This document shows positions 25,587 through 38,900 of a stretch of 64,000 nt of DNA, one piece after another (positions within the stretch are counted from its first letter, which is position 1; each line of letters opens with the position of its first letter). Source of the DNA: Carcharhinus longimanus (taxonomy: Eukaryota). The stretch is from contig JASCQW010000139.1 of the NCBI GenBank assembly GCA_030264375.1, positions 15,351,740-15,415,739 of the forward strand, read 5' to 3'. Under the pieces are notes generated by a model. The model did not search any database, had not been told where the DNA came from, and worked only from the letters and a program-made list of their open reading frames with translations. The position numbers were made by a program, and so were the translations under genes.

Positions 25587-26289
25587 GATTCTAAAGGTTT
25601 TGCTTGAAAGGCTCAGTCATGGTGAGTTACTAGAATAATTCCATTCATTTGACTGATTTCAAGAAGAGGGCAAAAAGAAAAAACACATTAAAATTCAGTC
25701 ATTTAGAAATAAGTCACACAAAACTACAGAGAGTTTGAATGCATAAAATGCAACAAGCTATCTACTAACCTGTAACCTTATCTCGATAGGAGCACTAAGA
25801 AAGCATGTTTCTTATAACAGATACAAAGTATAGCCAGCCAACTGAGGAAACAATGTGATTGGTCAGAAAGCACTTCCTTGTCCCTCAAGATGGGGCATGA
25901 CTCTGAGGTATTACGTAGAGTAAACCAGAACATACACTTTGGAACATGTGTTGGAATGTGTGTAGCAAAGGAAGCGAAGAATTGTTAAAATGACTGGAAA
26001 ACAGAATGGTTAGTTAACTTTATGGCTACATTTTAAATATTTTACTGAATTGATTCATTTTAACATGTTTAGGTGTATATCATAGGGCTGATAAGAATTG
26101 TCATATTGGTTGTTTCTGATTTTTTTGCCGCAATGTGTTTGAAATTTTTGCATTTAAAATTTCCTATGATTCTCTTTCAGGAAAATAATCTTTTCCTCTC
26201 CTGCCGGCCATCCATGGTTCCTCAAATAAATTGTGACGATACTGTGCCTTTAAGAAATGTATTTCTATCATGTTTCTTGTGAGGGGTAT

Positions 26290-26963
26290 GTTTATAATTC
26301 AGTTCTGTTTTACACAGTGTTGATTTGTCTGCAAAACAGGCAGCTCATGTGTTGAGAATGCAGACTAATGATTGACTTTAATTAGGGGTAAGTTTGTTTT
26401 AATCTGAGTAAATGCATTTTTGTTTTTTCCCTTGTGTTTCAAATTAGGCTGATTTGACAAGACTCATGTGTTTAAGAGGAGGAGCTAAGCTTACAGGAAA
26501 AAGCAGGCAGTTACTGCCGGGTATTGAAAGAAGCAAGAAGTGTCTCCAGAGGCTGCAGTTTGCGATCTGCTAGAAGAAATAAATCTCCCTCTCTGTCGCT
26601 CGAGGCTTGAGGACTGGCAGTCCAAGTACAAGCACATGAGCCTGCACATTGCCAACTGTTTTTAAGAGGAGCTTAATTCTATAAAAGGAATATTACTTGA
26701 ATTGGAACTAATAGAGATAGGTTAGCAGTTAAGAATTATATATTGTTATGTTTAAGTGTTTCAATTGGTAAAAGTTAAGTTAATCCATTTGTTATAATGA
26801 ACTGCATTGTTAAATAAAGTTTGTTTTGATAAAAGCTTCCTAGTTTGTCAATAGGATCACACCTGGAGTGAAACATCTTATCCTTACACTAATGCCAAAA
26901 TAGAAAAACTGTTGGGGTCTAGCCTGGCTTCATAATTTACTTTGGGGTTTCCGATCCATAGAC
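26290..26963 (+). mobile_element. Probable solo LTR
   Basis: Internal aataaa near 26813 followed by a U5-like segment ending ...ccatagaca; 5' boundary uncertain. Confidence 0.4.
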
Positions 26964-27129
26964 AATGATGAGTAGAGGTTAATATCAGATCAGCTATAAT
27001 ATTACTGAAAGGCGAAGTAGACTCTAGGAGCCAGGTAATCTAACCCATGTTAATTCATATGTTTGTATAAGCAGCACTATATAAAAGCCAGTTCCTATCA
27101 GGCAGTAATTCAGCCAAACACCAGTTTCC

Positions 27130-29990
27130 TGTCACCAATACCCTTTACTGTGCACCAAAGGAAAAGGCCATTCCTATAGCTTACAATCAGGTGGTCTTCA
27201 CCTCAGGAATACAACTTTGGGCAAAGTTGTAGGTTTAAAAAAAATTTGCTGGCTGCTCCCTATTGCGTAAGCCTCTGCTCATTCAATAGGGTAGTTTCTA
27301 CTCCATGAAGCCCACAGGTAGATCTAGTCATGATTCCCTGTGGCCTTTGTAGTTACCATAACATTCCTCTCCTTTTAGGTCAATGGCTGTCCCAGGACTC
27401 CCACGCTGAAGAGGTGCTCCGCTTGGGCGGAAGGCCATTGGAAATGTGGCTGGATCAGGTGGTGGAAAGGGGACTTTTCTTTTGGAGAGGACATCGCAGA
27501 GTTACTGAAGCAAGTTCCTCCTCAGGTTCCACTTCAGCTTGGAGACCCATATCTTTGCTATCTGTAGGCGCCAAAGTGGTGAGCTTCAATCTGAGAGGTG
27601 ACACAGGCAGAGGTTATCTCCATGGCTGGTGGTGGCTCGGGCAAGGACACCCTAGTCCTGAGGTGGTCTAAGTGCCTCCTTAGGGTTTAACTCTGACCTT
27701 TAACGTTGTAAGATACTGGTGCTGTTTCTCCATAATGATCCCAAGGAACCATCTGAGACCATCCTTGATGTTTCTTTCGTGAACCAGGTTACCTGTTGCA
27801 AAAATTGTTTGTGTCCTTACGGATTCAAAGTTTCTTATTTCGTTTTCATGTTGGGACTCCACCATGCCAGGCAAGTTTGGAAATAGTAGGCTCAATTTGA
27901 TACAAAAGCAGTCATCCCATCAACAGCCCTGTTGGAGCAACACCTGTTGTGACATGCAGTGTGGTCTAGTAATTGAACAAAAATCATGCCTGTTTAGTCT
28001 TCATGGATGCTGCAGTTGTTTCTTCATATCATTTTTGGAGGTTTGAATCTCCCGTTCTGCCACACCATTTGACAACAGGTGATAAGTTGCAGTCTGGGCA
28101 TATTGGATACCACTGGGGAGCATAAAGTTCTGGAAATCCCCGCTAGTGAAGCTATGCCATTATGGTATTCATATATGCTGAAGCTTTATTGCAGTTTCTC
28201 AATCGTAGCCTGAGTAATTGTGGAACCCATGTGGTGTACCTCCAACTACTTGGATTGTGCATCCGCCATTATTAGAAATATAGAACCCATAAAGGGACAT
28301 GCCACATTCACCCATGGCCTACCAGGTCACTCCCATGGACGTAGGAAGCCTGAGAGTGAGAGTTTTTGATTTTGCCAGCACAGCTCACATTGCTTCACCA
28401 AGGCTATGATGTTGGAATCATGACCGGGCTATCAAACTCATGGCCAGCATCTTCATTTCTGTAATTTTAATATTCCTGGGTGAATATCATGTAGTTCTGT
28501 TAATATTGGATGTCGTTCTCAGGGTGGAACAATTACTTGGGATTCTGACAGAATGATCCCATCCTCAACAATAAGTTCAGATTTCTTAATGAGATGGTGT
28601 TTCATTTCTTTGGAGGGTCTTTTTTTTTTAAATCCACATTGTAAGATTATGTGCCTAATTTTGAATAAGGTTTGGTCTTCTTGGGTCCATGCTTTAACCT
28701 GCCTTGCTGACACTGGCAAGGTCTTCGATAATGTCAAGATCATCATATCCTCGTCTAATGCTGGTGAAGGAGCCAGGCTTGTGGGCAATGGGAAGCATTC
28801 AGTGCAACCGCATTGGCTATCTGGGTCACAGTATTCTAGAGTTCTGTAGGCCATCAATAACAAGGCCCAGTTCTACCTGAGCAGATGCGATGGGAGGAGA
28901 TATGCTTTAACCTCTTTGAAGAAGCCCAGCAGTAGTTTATCGTTGGGAACTAGAAAAATGTTGACCATAGACATATTGATGGAACTTCGTCACACCAAAT
29001 GTGATCGCCAACCCTTCCTTCTCAATTTGAGGATATCTTCAATCTGTATCTGAAAGGGTCCTGGAGGCATAAGCAGTGGGCTTCTCTGCCCTGTCTTTCC
29101 AGCAATGTGACAGCACTGCATCAACCCTGTAACACAAGTTAAAATATGTCTTTCTTAGGGTCGAAATGAGCCAATAATTTGGATGACAGTAATTGACGTT
29201 AAAAAAAGCCTCTGCCTGCAGAGCTTCTCAAGACCATCTGCGGTATTTTCGTAGTAGGGGATTCAAGGGGGCCAGCACGGAAGCCAAATTTGGGCTAAAT
29301 TTTCCATTATAAATAACTGACCCCAGGAAGGTATTTAACTCTCATGTTTTCTTGGGGTCGCTGCCTCCTTGATGGTCTTTATCTTCTACTGGATATGACT
29401 CCTTGCCATCTACTCAGTAGCCTAAATATGTTACTTCAGCTGCTTGGAAAACACATTTCTCCCTCTTCAAGTGAACTTCTGCTCTGGAAAATCGCTGCAA
29501 GACTTCTTCTTGGTTGGCCAGGTGTTCCTGTTCTGATGCCGTTGTGATCAAGACGGCATCTAAATATACTGCTACCTTGGGTAGCCTTTAAAGGATGTTA
29601 TCCATAACTCTTTGGAAGATTGTATACACTGACGAGGCCCCTAAAACCAAAAGGGCATACCTGTCAAATCCCTTGTGTGTGTTGATTGTCACATATTTCT
29701 GGGAGGACACATCCAATTCAAGCAGGAGATAGGCATGGCTCATATCCAACTTGGAGAATGTCTTGCCACCTGTTAACTTGGCGTACAGATCTTCAATTCA
29801 GGGCACAGGATACTATCAGGTTTGGAGACTCGCCTGACTATCAGTTTATAGTCCCCTGCAAAGCCAAACTGACTTGTTAGGGATAAGAACAGGAACTACA
29901 TGTCTGGCCCATTCTTCAAATTGCATAGGCTTTATTATACCCAACAATTTTATCAGTATGATTTCCCCAGTGACTGTAAATTCCCAAGTT
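27130..29990 (-). mobile_element. Ty3/Gypsy LTR retrotransposon pol remnant (RT-RNaseH-integrase order)
   Basis: IFQRVMDNIL...VAVYLDAVLIT (decayed YLDD, about 29560); RNase H SRTLS...YPQIEKEGLAITFGVTKFHQYVYG (about 29000); linker ELIVEDGIIL...VIVPP; integrase SNGVAERE; many stops. Confidence 0.88.
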
Positions 29991-30079
29991 TCTCCTGTCT
30001 TCTATTTCCTGAATTACAGCTGTTTCTGGGATGTTACGTGAAGATGTTGGTTCAATTGATGCGCCGTCTCCATATTTAC

Positions 30080-30630
30080 TATTATTAATTCCCCAGACTC
30101 ATTTTCTATAGGATCATCGCTCACTCTGTTAACTTTTTTTTTATGTATCTGTAGAAACTGTTACTGTTTGTCTTTATATTTCTAGCTAGCTTTCTCCCAT
30201 ACTCCAACTTCTCCTTCCTTGTCAATTTTTTGGTCTTTTTATTTGCTGTTTTTATATTCTATCCAATCTTCTGATCTGCCACCCATTTTTGTGCAATTAC
30301 ATGCTTTCTCTTTAAGTTTGACACTGGTGGGATCTTCTAGTCTTGCCATTGACAACCAGGTTTCCTGGTGGGGGGACAGGCAATCCATGCAAAATGCCGC
30401 AGACATTGATGGAACAGAAAGATCCCGCTGATGGTAAGCTGTCTCCACTGCTCGAAAATGAGCCGCGGGAGTCTGGAAAATCTTGCCCTTTATCTTTAAA
30501 TTCTTAAGTTGACCGTGAATGGTTAGTCCTCCCCTCGGAATTTTTCTTTTTCATTGGAATGCATCTAGTGTATGCATTCTGAAATATCCCCTTAAATATT
30601 TACCACTGCATCGCTATTGACCTATCCCTC
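30080..30630 (-). mobile_element. CR1 ORF2 internal fragment split by a MITE (about 30325-30488)
   Basis: KLKEKACNCTKMGGRSEDWIEYK...EYGRKLARNIKTNSNSFYRYIK linker; interrupted by an element with imperfect TIRs ending aaaatcttgccc. Confidence 0.65.
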
Positions 30631-30735
30631 AATGATGCCCTTTTTACTGCAGGAATTAAAATACAGAAAGTGACTCATCAGTATCGCTTCACAACTATAA
30701 TTTGCTACCTGTTTTTAGGAACAATGAGCACTCAC

Positions 30736-30862
30736 CCCTCAAACTGCTATCTTTGTTCATGGTGGTCACAATAAATCTGTACACATTAAAATTAGGAAGA
30801 CCAATTATGAATGTGAAACCATGAAAGGTAACAGTGACTTTTCCTACACCAGTAACTGTGAT
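30736..30862 (-). CDS. NUP210L: NUP210L coding exon 12 of 18 (127 nt, phase 0 to 1)
   Basis: cag|ATC...G|gtgagt; ITVTGVGKVTVTFHGFTFIIGLPNFNVYRFIVTTMNKDSSLR(G). Confidence 0.9.
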
Positions 30863-31127
30863 CTGAAATGGAAACAGAATTACTGCATATTGCAAAATTA
30901 TTGCATGTACTTATGATAAAAATAACTAAGAGTTCAGTGTACATAAACCTATTGCAAGTTTTGGTTATAATCACAACTGGAAATCAAAGCAGAAAGGTGA
31001 ACTTCCAGATAGTAAGAATGTAGTAGTAAAGAGTTACCCCTGAAATAATGCCACTTTGATCCTCACTCAATAATTGTACACAACTGATCTTACATAAAAT
31101 GTACAGATTACATTATGGAAATCTTAC

Positions 31128-31264
31128 CTCTCTGTAGGTTCTCACAATTCCTGGAATTTCGTAATAGACCATGGTAGATCCTGTGCTCCTTGTAACTCCC
31201 AACCCTGTGGCAGAATCGATCTGTAGAACTTCACTTGATAACAAATACCAGTTCCCAGGTTCAC
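31128..31264 (-). CDS. NUP210L: NUP210L coding exon 11 of 18 (137 nt, phase 1 to 0)
   Basis: tag|GT...GAG|gtaag; EPGNWYLLSSEVLQIDSATGLGVTRSTGSTMVYYEIPGIVRTYRE. Confidence 0.93.
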
Positions 31265-31529
31265 CTAAACAAATGTGTCGGTTTTGATCTCTACATAAGT
31301 AACCTAGCATTTTGAAAGACAACTTAGAGAACCTCTTTAGAAGATATCAGGTACAGAAGAAGCAATTTCAATTACATGTAGTATTCAGCAATTATTCAAA
31401 TATCATTATTACCAAGAAAACAAAGGAAAATGTTGCTTTCAAAATTAAATTCCATTAGCGTCTCAAAATTATAAATAGCAAAAACTTGATATGTTTAAGA
31501 TTTTACAACTACAATATAGAATAACATGG

Positions 31530-31679
31530 TAAGAAGTCCCACAACACTAGGTTGAAGCCCAACAAGTTTATTTGGAATTGCTGCTCCTTCATCACGAGCG
31601 GAACTCAGAGCAGCACTCCGAAAGCTCGTGATTCCAAACAAACCTGTTGGACTTTACTCTGGTGTTGTGAGACTTCTTA
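31530..31679. repeat. Palindromic Penelope-like pseudo-LTR remnant
   Basis: Imperfect inverted arms of about 50 bp (taagaagtcccacaacac...tttatttggaat / attccaaacaaacc...gtgttgtgagacttctta) with hammerhead-like motifs in the loop. Confidence 0.65.
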
Positions 31680-32069
31680 ATGTGCCCACCCCAGCTCCAC
31701 TTCACATGATAACTGGGACTGTGTGGTACAGCCAGCTAAGCCACTATCTCTCGCATCATTTGAAGTGAAACCTTTCTTTCTCTGTTATTAGGACCATGAA
31801 TGAATTAAATTTAAGCAATTTCAATGTGTCTCCCATTATATAAAAGACAACGCCACAGATCTACTAAAACAGCAGGAAATTGTAATACAATAGACTTGGA
31901 TATATGATGAACTAAATGGTCTCTGTTTTTGCTGAAATATCAATTATCCTAAGAAAACACAAACGTAACTGAATAATCCTCTGCATAGTAAATTAAAACG
32001 GATTGAAATTCACACTTCCAAACCCACTTTTACTACAGCCCAAATAAGTTTTACTAGCGGTGTCTACCT

Positions 32070-34268
32070 CAGTGGTTCCCAACCTCTTCAGTAACACGGC
32101 ATACTTCAATGAGACAAACAATTCCACGGCACACCCATTTTTTCTTTTCAACTGAGTCGATTACTCATAAATGCCCCACAATGTAGTAGTGAACCAACAG
32201 TGACCAATTACATGTAAGTGGGGGGTGGCCACTCAGTTTCCCATCTCCGTGGAGATGGAATGTTGGCACCTGCTACATTTTTGCCATGTTCCTTGTGGAT
32301 ACTTGCCTTTTCAGGCCATTCAAAAAGAAGGATTTGGAATGGCAGTATTACAACTAGCAGCAGACCTTGAATTATATTTATTTATATTTTATTTTAAATA
32401 TTTTATTTTTAAAAATGCACATCTTAAATTAAGAATAGTTGAATTAAACATAGCTAATGTCGGGGTGAAAGAAGAAATATTACAAGTGATGATTTGCAAA
32501 TTAAATTGACAAATGGTATGGCATTGAAATATAAGAGCAAGAAAAAGATTTTGATAGATGCGGAAATTGATCTGAACTGTTAAGATTGTAAATTTCTTTA
32601 TTCAAATTGCCAAAATCTACACTGATTTTAGCAGGGGAACAAACAGCAAGTAATTTCCAGCAAACCTGCTCACCCACAAACTAAAGATAATATATAATTA
32701 GGATTTGGAGCAACACAATGCTTTTCAGTTAAAACCTTACAAGATTGCAATTTTATTAAATTATTAAACAATGGCCTGTTTAAATCTAAAAATTAAATGC
32801 AAATGTCGCCAATTCTAAGCATCACACTTTTTTATTCTCTATCATTCATTTGAAACCAGGGTCCCAGAAGAGCTGCAAGATGTGGACTGATTGAGGATTG
32901 AAACATCCAGAAACAGGTGGACAATAAGTCTGATATGAAATAACTTTGCTGAATCAGCTGGTGTCCTCTGACCTGAGCCAGGGTTCTTGGGACAGTGCAG
33001 CTGAACAGGGACAAGTTGGAGATGAATGTACTTCTGCTGCTCAGGGCATGTTTGGGTGCTGGCCTAGTTTTGCTGATTAGGGTTCTCGCTGGCCCAGGCT
33101 TCTCCTGTTCTGCTGATCAGTGATGGAACAGCGCCACTCTGGTCACTTAGCTATTGCTAGCGCCGAGCTTCAACCAGCAGGCAATTCAGTCCTCATGGTA
33201 AGACATGTGGAGAGAGGACTGCTCAGAATTCAGGGGGGGGGGGCGCGGGCAGCAAAGGGAAAGTGCTGAACACATCACCATAAATGGCTTTTGGCAATCT
33301 GCCCAAAGGCTCCTTCCAAGACAGGAAGGTGAGGAGGCGGAGGAGCCTGTTGTCGCCCAAGTTGTGGCAGGGGCACCCACTGGCCATATCGTGGAGGTGT
33401 TGACCTCTGTGGGAGTGCTGCAGCCTCTCACTGGCTGGTGTCAAGGTACTGTTGGCCCCTGGCTATGACGTGCCTTGGATCAAACCGTGTGGAGCTTGGT
33501 CAGCGGCAGTTCGCTGCTGCAGACACAGCAGACACAAGGGCTCCTGCAGGATCAAGCAGCAACATCTGAAGGACCAGAGCCACCCGGCTATCATTGACCC
33601 CCAAAGCTCTGCATCAACAGAGAGCAGCCGATGGCCCTAGAGCAAAAATGAAGTGGAGCCCAGCCTGGGAGAAGAAGCTGGGAAGACGTGGGCACAGGAA
33701 AAGTGCCAAAGTGACTGGCAGCTGTATAGATGGTTCCAGAAAGAGAGCAATGAGCCAGTGCCAAGAGGTGATCTGGCTGCTGGACAACAAGGTGAAGAAG
33801 AGGTGGCAACAGTTGAGAGAGAAACCACAGGAACAAACGGGCAGCAAAAGGACAAACGGTGAAGGAGAAAGCATCAACCTAAAACAAACAAAAATAAACC
33901 CACACCAATTTACTTTAAATCATATACACATGTTGTTTAACAAATAATCTTCTGCTCAATCTGCTGGACAGAGATTTTGTTTTCAGAAACGAAGCACTTG
34001 CCAATTTTGTGTCTGTATGTTGTAAAGCAAGAAAAGGAACAGACCAATTACAGATAGGATACATTTCTAACATTTTTTCTTATTGGCACATTTTGCATTT
34101 TGAAAATGTTATGTGAAAGTTGAATGGATAAATAGTACTGCTGGGGGTGGGGCGGGGGGCTGTTTTTCAGAAATAGCACTGCTAGGACCTAGGACAAAAT
34201 CTGACGGCATACTTGAAGAGTTCTCACAGCACACCTGTGTGCCGTAGCACACTGCGTGAAAACCACTG
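32070..34268. mobile_element. hAT (Charlie-like) element with an internal insertion
   Basis: Ends cagtggtt.../...aaccactg; subterminal acggcatactt and gcacac repeats at both ends; flanks gtctacct / gtctagcc (6 of 8 match, NTCTAGAN-like). Confidence 0.65.
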
Positions 34269-34368
34269 GTCTAGCCCATATATTATATTTAGATAGCTGC
34301 TTTGGCTCTTGCTTCTGAGGAGGTGATTAAATTAAACTCTGTGGTTTATTTTCTATCACATAACTAAC

Positions 34369-34589
34369 CTTCCTGGTTCACCAGCACGCTGCTGAAACAT
34401 ATTACATCACTCAGTGTCACATGCTCTGAAATGTTAGGCCATATTGCATATTGGGTCGGTATGGGGATATAATCTGCAATGCCCGGATGCTTGTAATCCC
34501 AAACTGCTAGTAGGGTCAATCCTATATTGGCAGCCTGTGCCACGTAAGTGTTATTCCTGGTACCAGGTCCAATCAGCAGTAGATCATCC
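34369..34589 (-). CDS. NUP210L: NUP210L coding exon 10 of 18 (221 nt, phase 2 to 1)
   Basis: tag|G...G|gttag; DDLLLIGPGTRNNTYVAQAANIGLTLLAVWDYKHPGIADYIPIPTQYAIWPNISEHVTLSDVICFSSVLVNQE(G). The DDLL.IGPG...HPG.ADYIP pattern is NUP210L-type as recalled. Confidence 0.94.
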
Positions 34590-35127
34590 CTAGATTGTTT
34601 CAAAAAAAATCAATTAATCTTGTAGGCAATGAAAATAAGATTTTCTTTGTGACACTCTGAAAAAAAAACCGCTCATTTTGCAGTAATCATTCCTAAAATG
34701 TAATGAAAGTTGTAGGAAAGTAACTGTATGACATTTTTACTCATAGAAAACAATTTGTTACTGATAATAACTGTGTACACTTGGAGACTTTGAGATCAGC
34801 AAAACATATTTATTGAATCATAATTCTTTCTGTTCACTTTTAAGAGTTGTATGCAATATTCCCTTTAAGCTGTGCAGTCACCCTAAAGTATTTACGCAGG
34901 CTTCATACTAGTGAGCCCCTTTAAATGATCATGTGTGCATCAGCGGCAAAGCAATTGAAGGGGCCACACATTTGAATAATCACTTGTGCACTCCAGAATA
35001 ACTGAGGGGAACACTGGTTGTATGAATCAATTTATAAAGTTGATGTGAATTTATCTCTCAAAAGGAATCACAATTTGTTCCAAACTAGCATTAAGTTCAT
35101 AGCTTTGTTCTTGCAGAATCTAGATTT

Positions 35128-35420
35128 CAGTTTAGTTTATTTATTATTTACATTAGGCTTACATTAATGCTACAATGAAGTTACTGTTAAAATCCCCTGG
35201 TCACCACACTTCGACACTTGTTCAGGTACACTGAGGGAATATTTAGCGTGGCCAATGCACCTAACCAGCACTTCTTTTGGACTGTGGGAGGAAACCAGAG
35301 CACCCAGACAAAATGCATGCTGACACGGGGAGAACGTGCAAAATCCGCACAGACACTGACCCAAGCCAGGAATCAAACCCGGGTCCCTGACGCTGTGAGG
35401 CTGCGGTGCGCCACCATACC
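35128..35420 (-). mobile_element. HE1/V-SINE-type SINE
   Basis: Reverse complement of the family at 21376 and 47288. Confidence 0.85.
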
Positions 35421-35917
35421 ACTCTTCCTACATAATGTCATGATGGCATTCCTGAAATACTTGATACCAGTTGGCACCAATGTTTCCTTGGTGTCCTTTG
35501 GTGCTGATTTTGCCAATAAAGTACCTGTAATATTTAGTCCCAAAGAGGGTTAAGATTACAGCCATTAGTCTTCTATTTGGACTAATATTTTTCTTAGATT
35601 TAGGGTTAGAGTGTTTTCTACTTGATGGGTATAGTTACAGAAATGAAAATTGGTGACGTGATATAGTAAGAGACATTTTATGAATTTATTAAGCTGATCT
35701 ATTCTGAGAACAAGACTGAATCTTTGCAGTTCTGGGGCAGCTATACTTTACATTGACAGCTTAGAAATCTGAAGATGAAAAATCATGCTTGCCATTCATG
35801 TGCTCTTACTCTAAATTTTTTCCAGTAAATGGCAGGTTAAATATTAATGGTTTTCTTAAGGGAGAAATGTTAAGCTATCGATTTGTCACAGTCAAGTCCA
35901 AGGATTGTTAAGTAAAT

Positions 35918-38900
35918 AGCTGGAATTTTACCCTCAGGATAAGTTGGCGCAGCTAGAAGTTGATGTAAAAACCTACTCCCACCAACATCGCTTTGTTAAC
36001 ACGACCAATTAGGGCCACCCAGCATAAAACACAATTGCTGGTCAGGTTTCCAGTGCACGGTTTCCAGCCCCCGTCTGACCACCCACCTCCCCACACTGCC
36101 GATTAGTGTTGAGTGGCAGCAGGCACCCCCCCCTACCTACNNNNNNNNNNNNNNNNNNNNNNNNNNNNNNNNNNNNNNNNNNNNNNNNNNNNNNNNNNNN
36201 NNNNNNNNNNNNNNNNNNNNNNNNNNNNNNNNNNNNNNNNNNNNNNNNNNNNNNNNNNNNNNNNNNNNNNNNNNNNNNNNNNNNNNNNNNNNNNNNNNNN
36301 NNNNNNNNNNNNNNNNNNNNNNNNNNNNNNNNNNNNNNNNNNNNNNNNNNNNNNNNNNNNNNNNNNNNNNNNNNNNNNNNNNNNNGGCTCAGTTCCACTT
36401 TCCGGCCCTCTCCCCATAACCCTTAATCCCCTCTCTTATCAAAAACCCATCAACCCGCTTCACATGGAAATGAGCATGAAAATAAACTCAAATAATTTAT
36501 TCAGCATGAGGCTGAATGCACTGGATATCCAATGCCACTAAGATTGTGAGGCAAAAAAAAATTGGGTGTGAACCTGGTTTCTTGGCTCTCGTGCGATTTA
36601 GCTCATCGTGCCCCTAGTCTCTCTGCTAGGTGGTCATCCATCAACAGTGAGCAGGGAGGGGCAAACACATCTCATGCTGCCCGACAAGATGCCTGTCATC
36701 TCTGTGGGCCCTTTTCAAGGTGCTCAGGATGAGGCACCAGCTTCTCCACCCCTCTGCCAATGGCTGCTGCATCAGATGATACTGTGATGACTGAGGAGTG
36801 CCCAGCCATAGGGCTGGATGTATCCTCTCAGGTGAAGCCTGCTTAGGCTCTGGTAGCCAGAGGGTGACCGCCAAAGTCATCATGGTGACCAGAATAGCAA
36901 AGTCAGCGGGTTGGCTCCAATGCTGCTGCCATTAACAGGGAGGCAGCACCTGCAGACATAAGTTGAAGGCAACTTGAACGCAACAGGTGACATGTGCATT
37001 TATGATTTTGAAATTTGTGTTAGGAATGGCAATTCTGTATGACCTTTGTCTGTTCATGTGCAATCACATGAACATTTATTTCATTTTAATGGGCTGAGCG
37101 ATTGTTTGCAGAAGAGACAGTGCCACTGGCTTCAGCAAGCATTGATGCCTTGGATGTCTGGCCAAAGGTTCACAGGATCAAAGCTTCCCTGAAGTTTCCA
37201 GTCGTTTGCCCTCACCCTGGCACATCTGCAGGCTCTTATTCTGACCCAGCACAGGAGTCATTCTGCTTGGTTGTAGAAGTGCCTCGCATTCCTCAGCCAT
37301 CACTTGGTTCCTTGTTCCCAAAATCAGAATGTAAAAGGCACAGAATACCACAACTATGAGGGAAACATGTTCTGGAGGATACTACAATGATAGGACAAGA
37401 CAAGCCAGTGCTTTGCTGGCAGCCTGCTGGTTCTTCCCACCACCATCCTGTTCTATCTCTCCTTGGCCTCAATTCTTGGGTGATGTAGTGGGATCTTCAG
37501 TTACCTCCTCAAGGGATAGCACTCGCTAAACAAGAACCATCTATCCAATCGTGCAGAAGCCACAAACAGCCTTGGTACTTGTGAGTGCCACAAGATCGAT
37601 GAAAATATCATGTGAACTCCCAAGATAATGGGCAGAAAATTGGAGAATCTGTGTCCTGTGATCACAGACGATCTGAACATTTACTGTTCTGTCAACGAAA
37701 GTTGCCAGCTCATCTGACAACACCTTAACAGCATGAATAACATCTATTTCACCTGGGGTGGGTGGGACCCAACCATTGCAGGGAAGCCTCATGTTCTCTC
37801 TCCATGTGGCTTGCCTTATTTGTCTGGTAGTGGATGATCATGCGAATGTGTCTGAAGATAGCATCAGTCACCAGTTTGATGCAACTGTGTACACCTGATT
37901 AAGGCATACTGCACAGATCTCCCACTGGGCTCTGAGAAGAACTGGATATGTCAAAGTTAAGAGCTACTGTGACCTTCAAAGCCACCACAAGGGATGTTTG
38001 TTCATCCAAGTTGGAGGCCATTTCCTAACCTATCAGTGAAATATTGCTGTCACTGTGTCCCTGGAAAGTTGAAGTGCTGACTGTAAACTCTAGCAACTTG
38101 AAGCCATCTTGAGTTAACTCTCTTGCCTTGGTCTCCCTATTGGCCCTGCACCAACTAAGCCCATGCTTCTCCTCTTAAAGTTCTCTCCCTGATTTGATTT
38201 ATTACTGTCACATATATTGGTATATAGTGAAAANNNNNNNNNNNNNNNNNNNNNNNNNNNNNNNNNNNNNNNNNNNNNNNNNNNNNNNNNNNNNNNNNNN
38301 NNNNNNNNNNNNNNNNNNNNNNNNNNNNNNNNNTTTGATTTATTACTGTCACATATATTGGTATATAGTGAAAAGTATTGTTTCTTGCGTGCTATACAAA
38401 CAACGCATACCATTCATACAGTACATAGTGGAGAAGAAATGAGAAGTTGCAGAATACAGTGTTACAGTTATAGCTAAGTTGTAGAGAAAGATCAACTTAA
38501 TATAAGGCAGGTCATCCAAAAGTCTGATGGCAGCAGGGAAGAAGCTGTTCTTGAGTTGTCTGATCTCAGATTTTTGTATCTATTTCCCCAAAGGAAGGTG
38601 ACGGAATAGAGTACGTCTGGGGTGTGTGGGATTCTTTATTAGTTAGCTGCTTTTGTGAGGCAGCAGGAAGTGTAGCCAGAGTTAATGGATAGGAGGCTGG
38701 TTTGATGGATAGAACAAAAGTTTACTCACCTCCTACCAAGAATAGAACTGAAAAGCACGAAACAGCTGAGCAATTAAAATCATCCTCTATATCCAGTCTA
38801 TGATAACTGCATCTTAATAATATGTGAACAGTTAATTGAAGTTGCTTGAAGGCCAGATACTTGTCTGAAAAGAGTGAAGCTTTTCAGATGGACAGGGCTA

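Noticed and set aside
25770-25794. Possible 25-nt microexon (ttag|...CAG|gttag)
   Set aside because: Not frame-preserving, and the flanking NUP210L exons already join in phase with continuous homology.
38194-38373. Direct repeat of about 40 bp flanking a 100-N gap
   Set aside because: Same unmerged-overlap artefact, inside a LINE tail.
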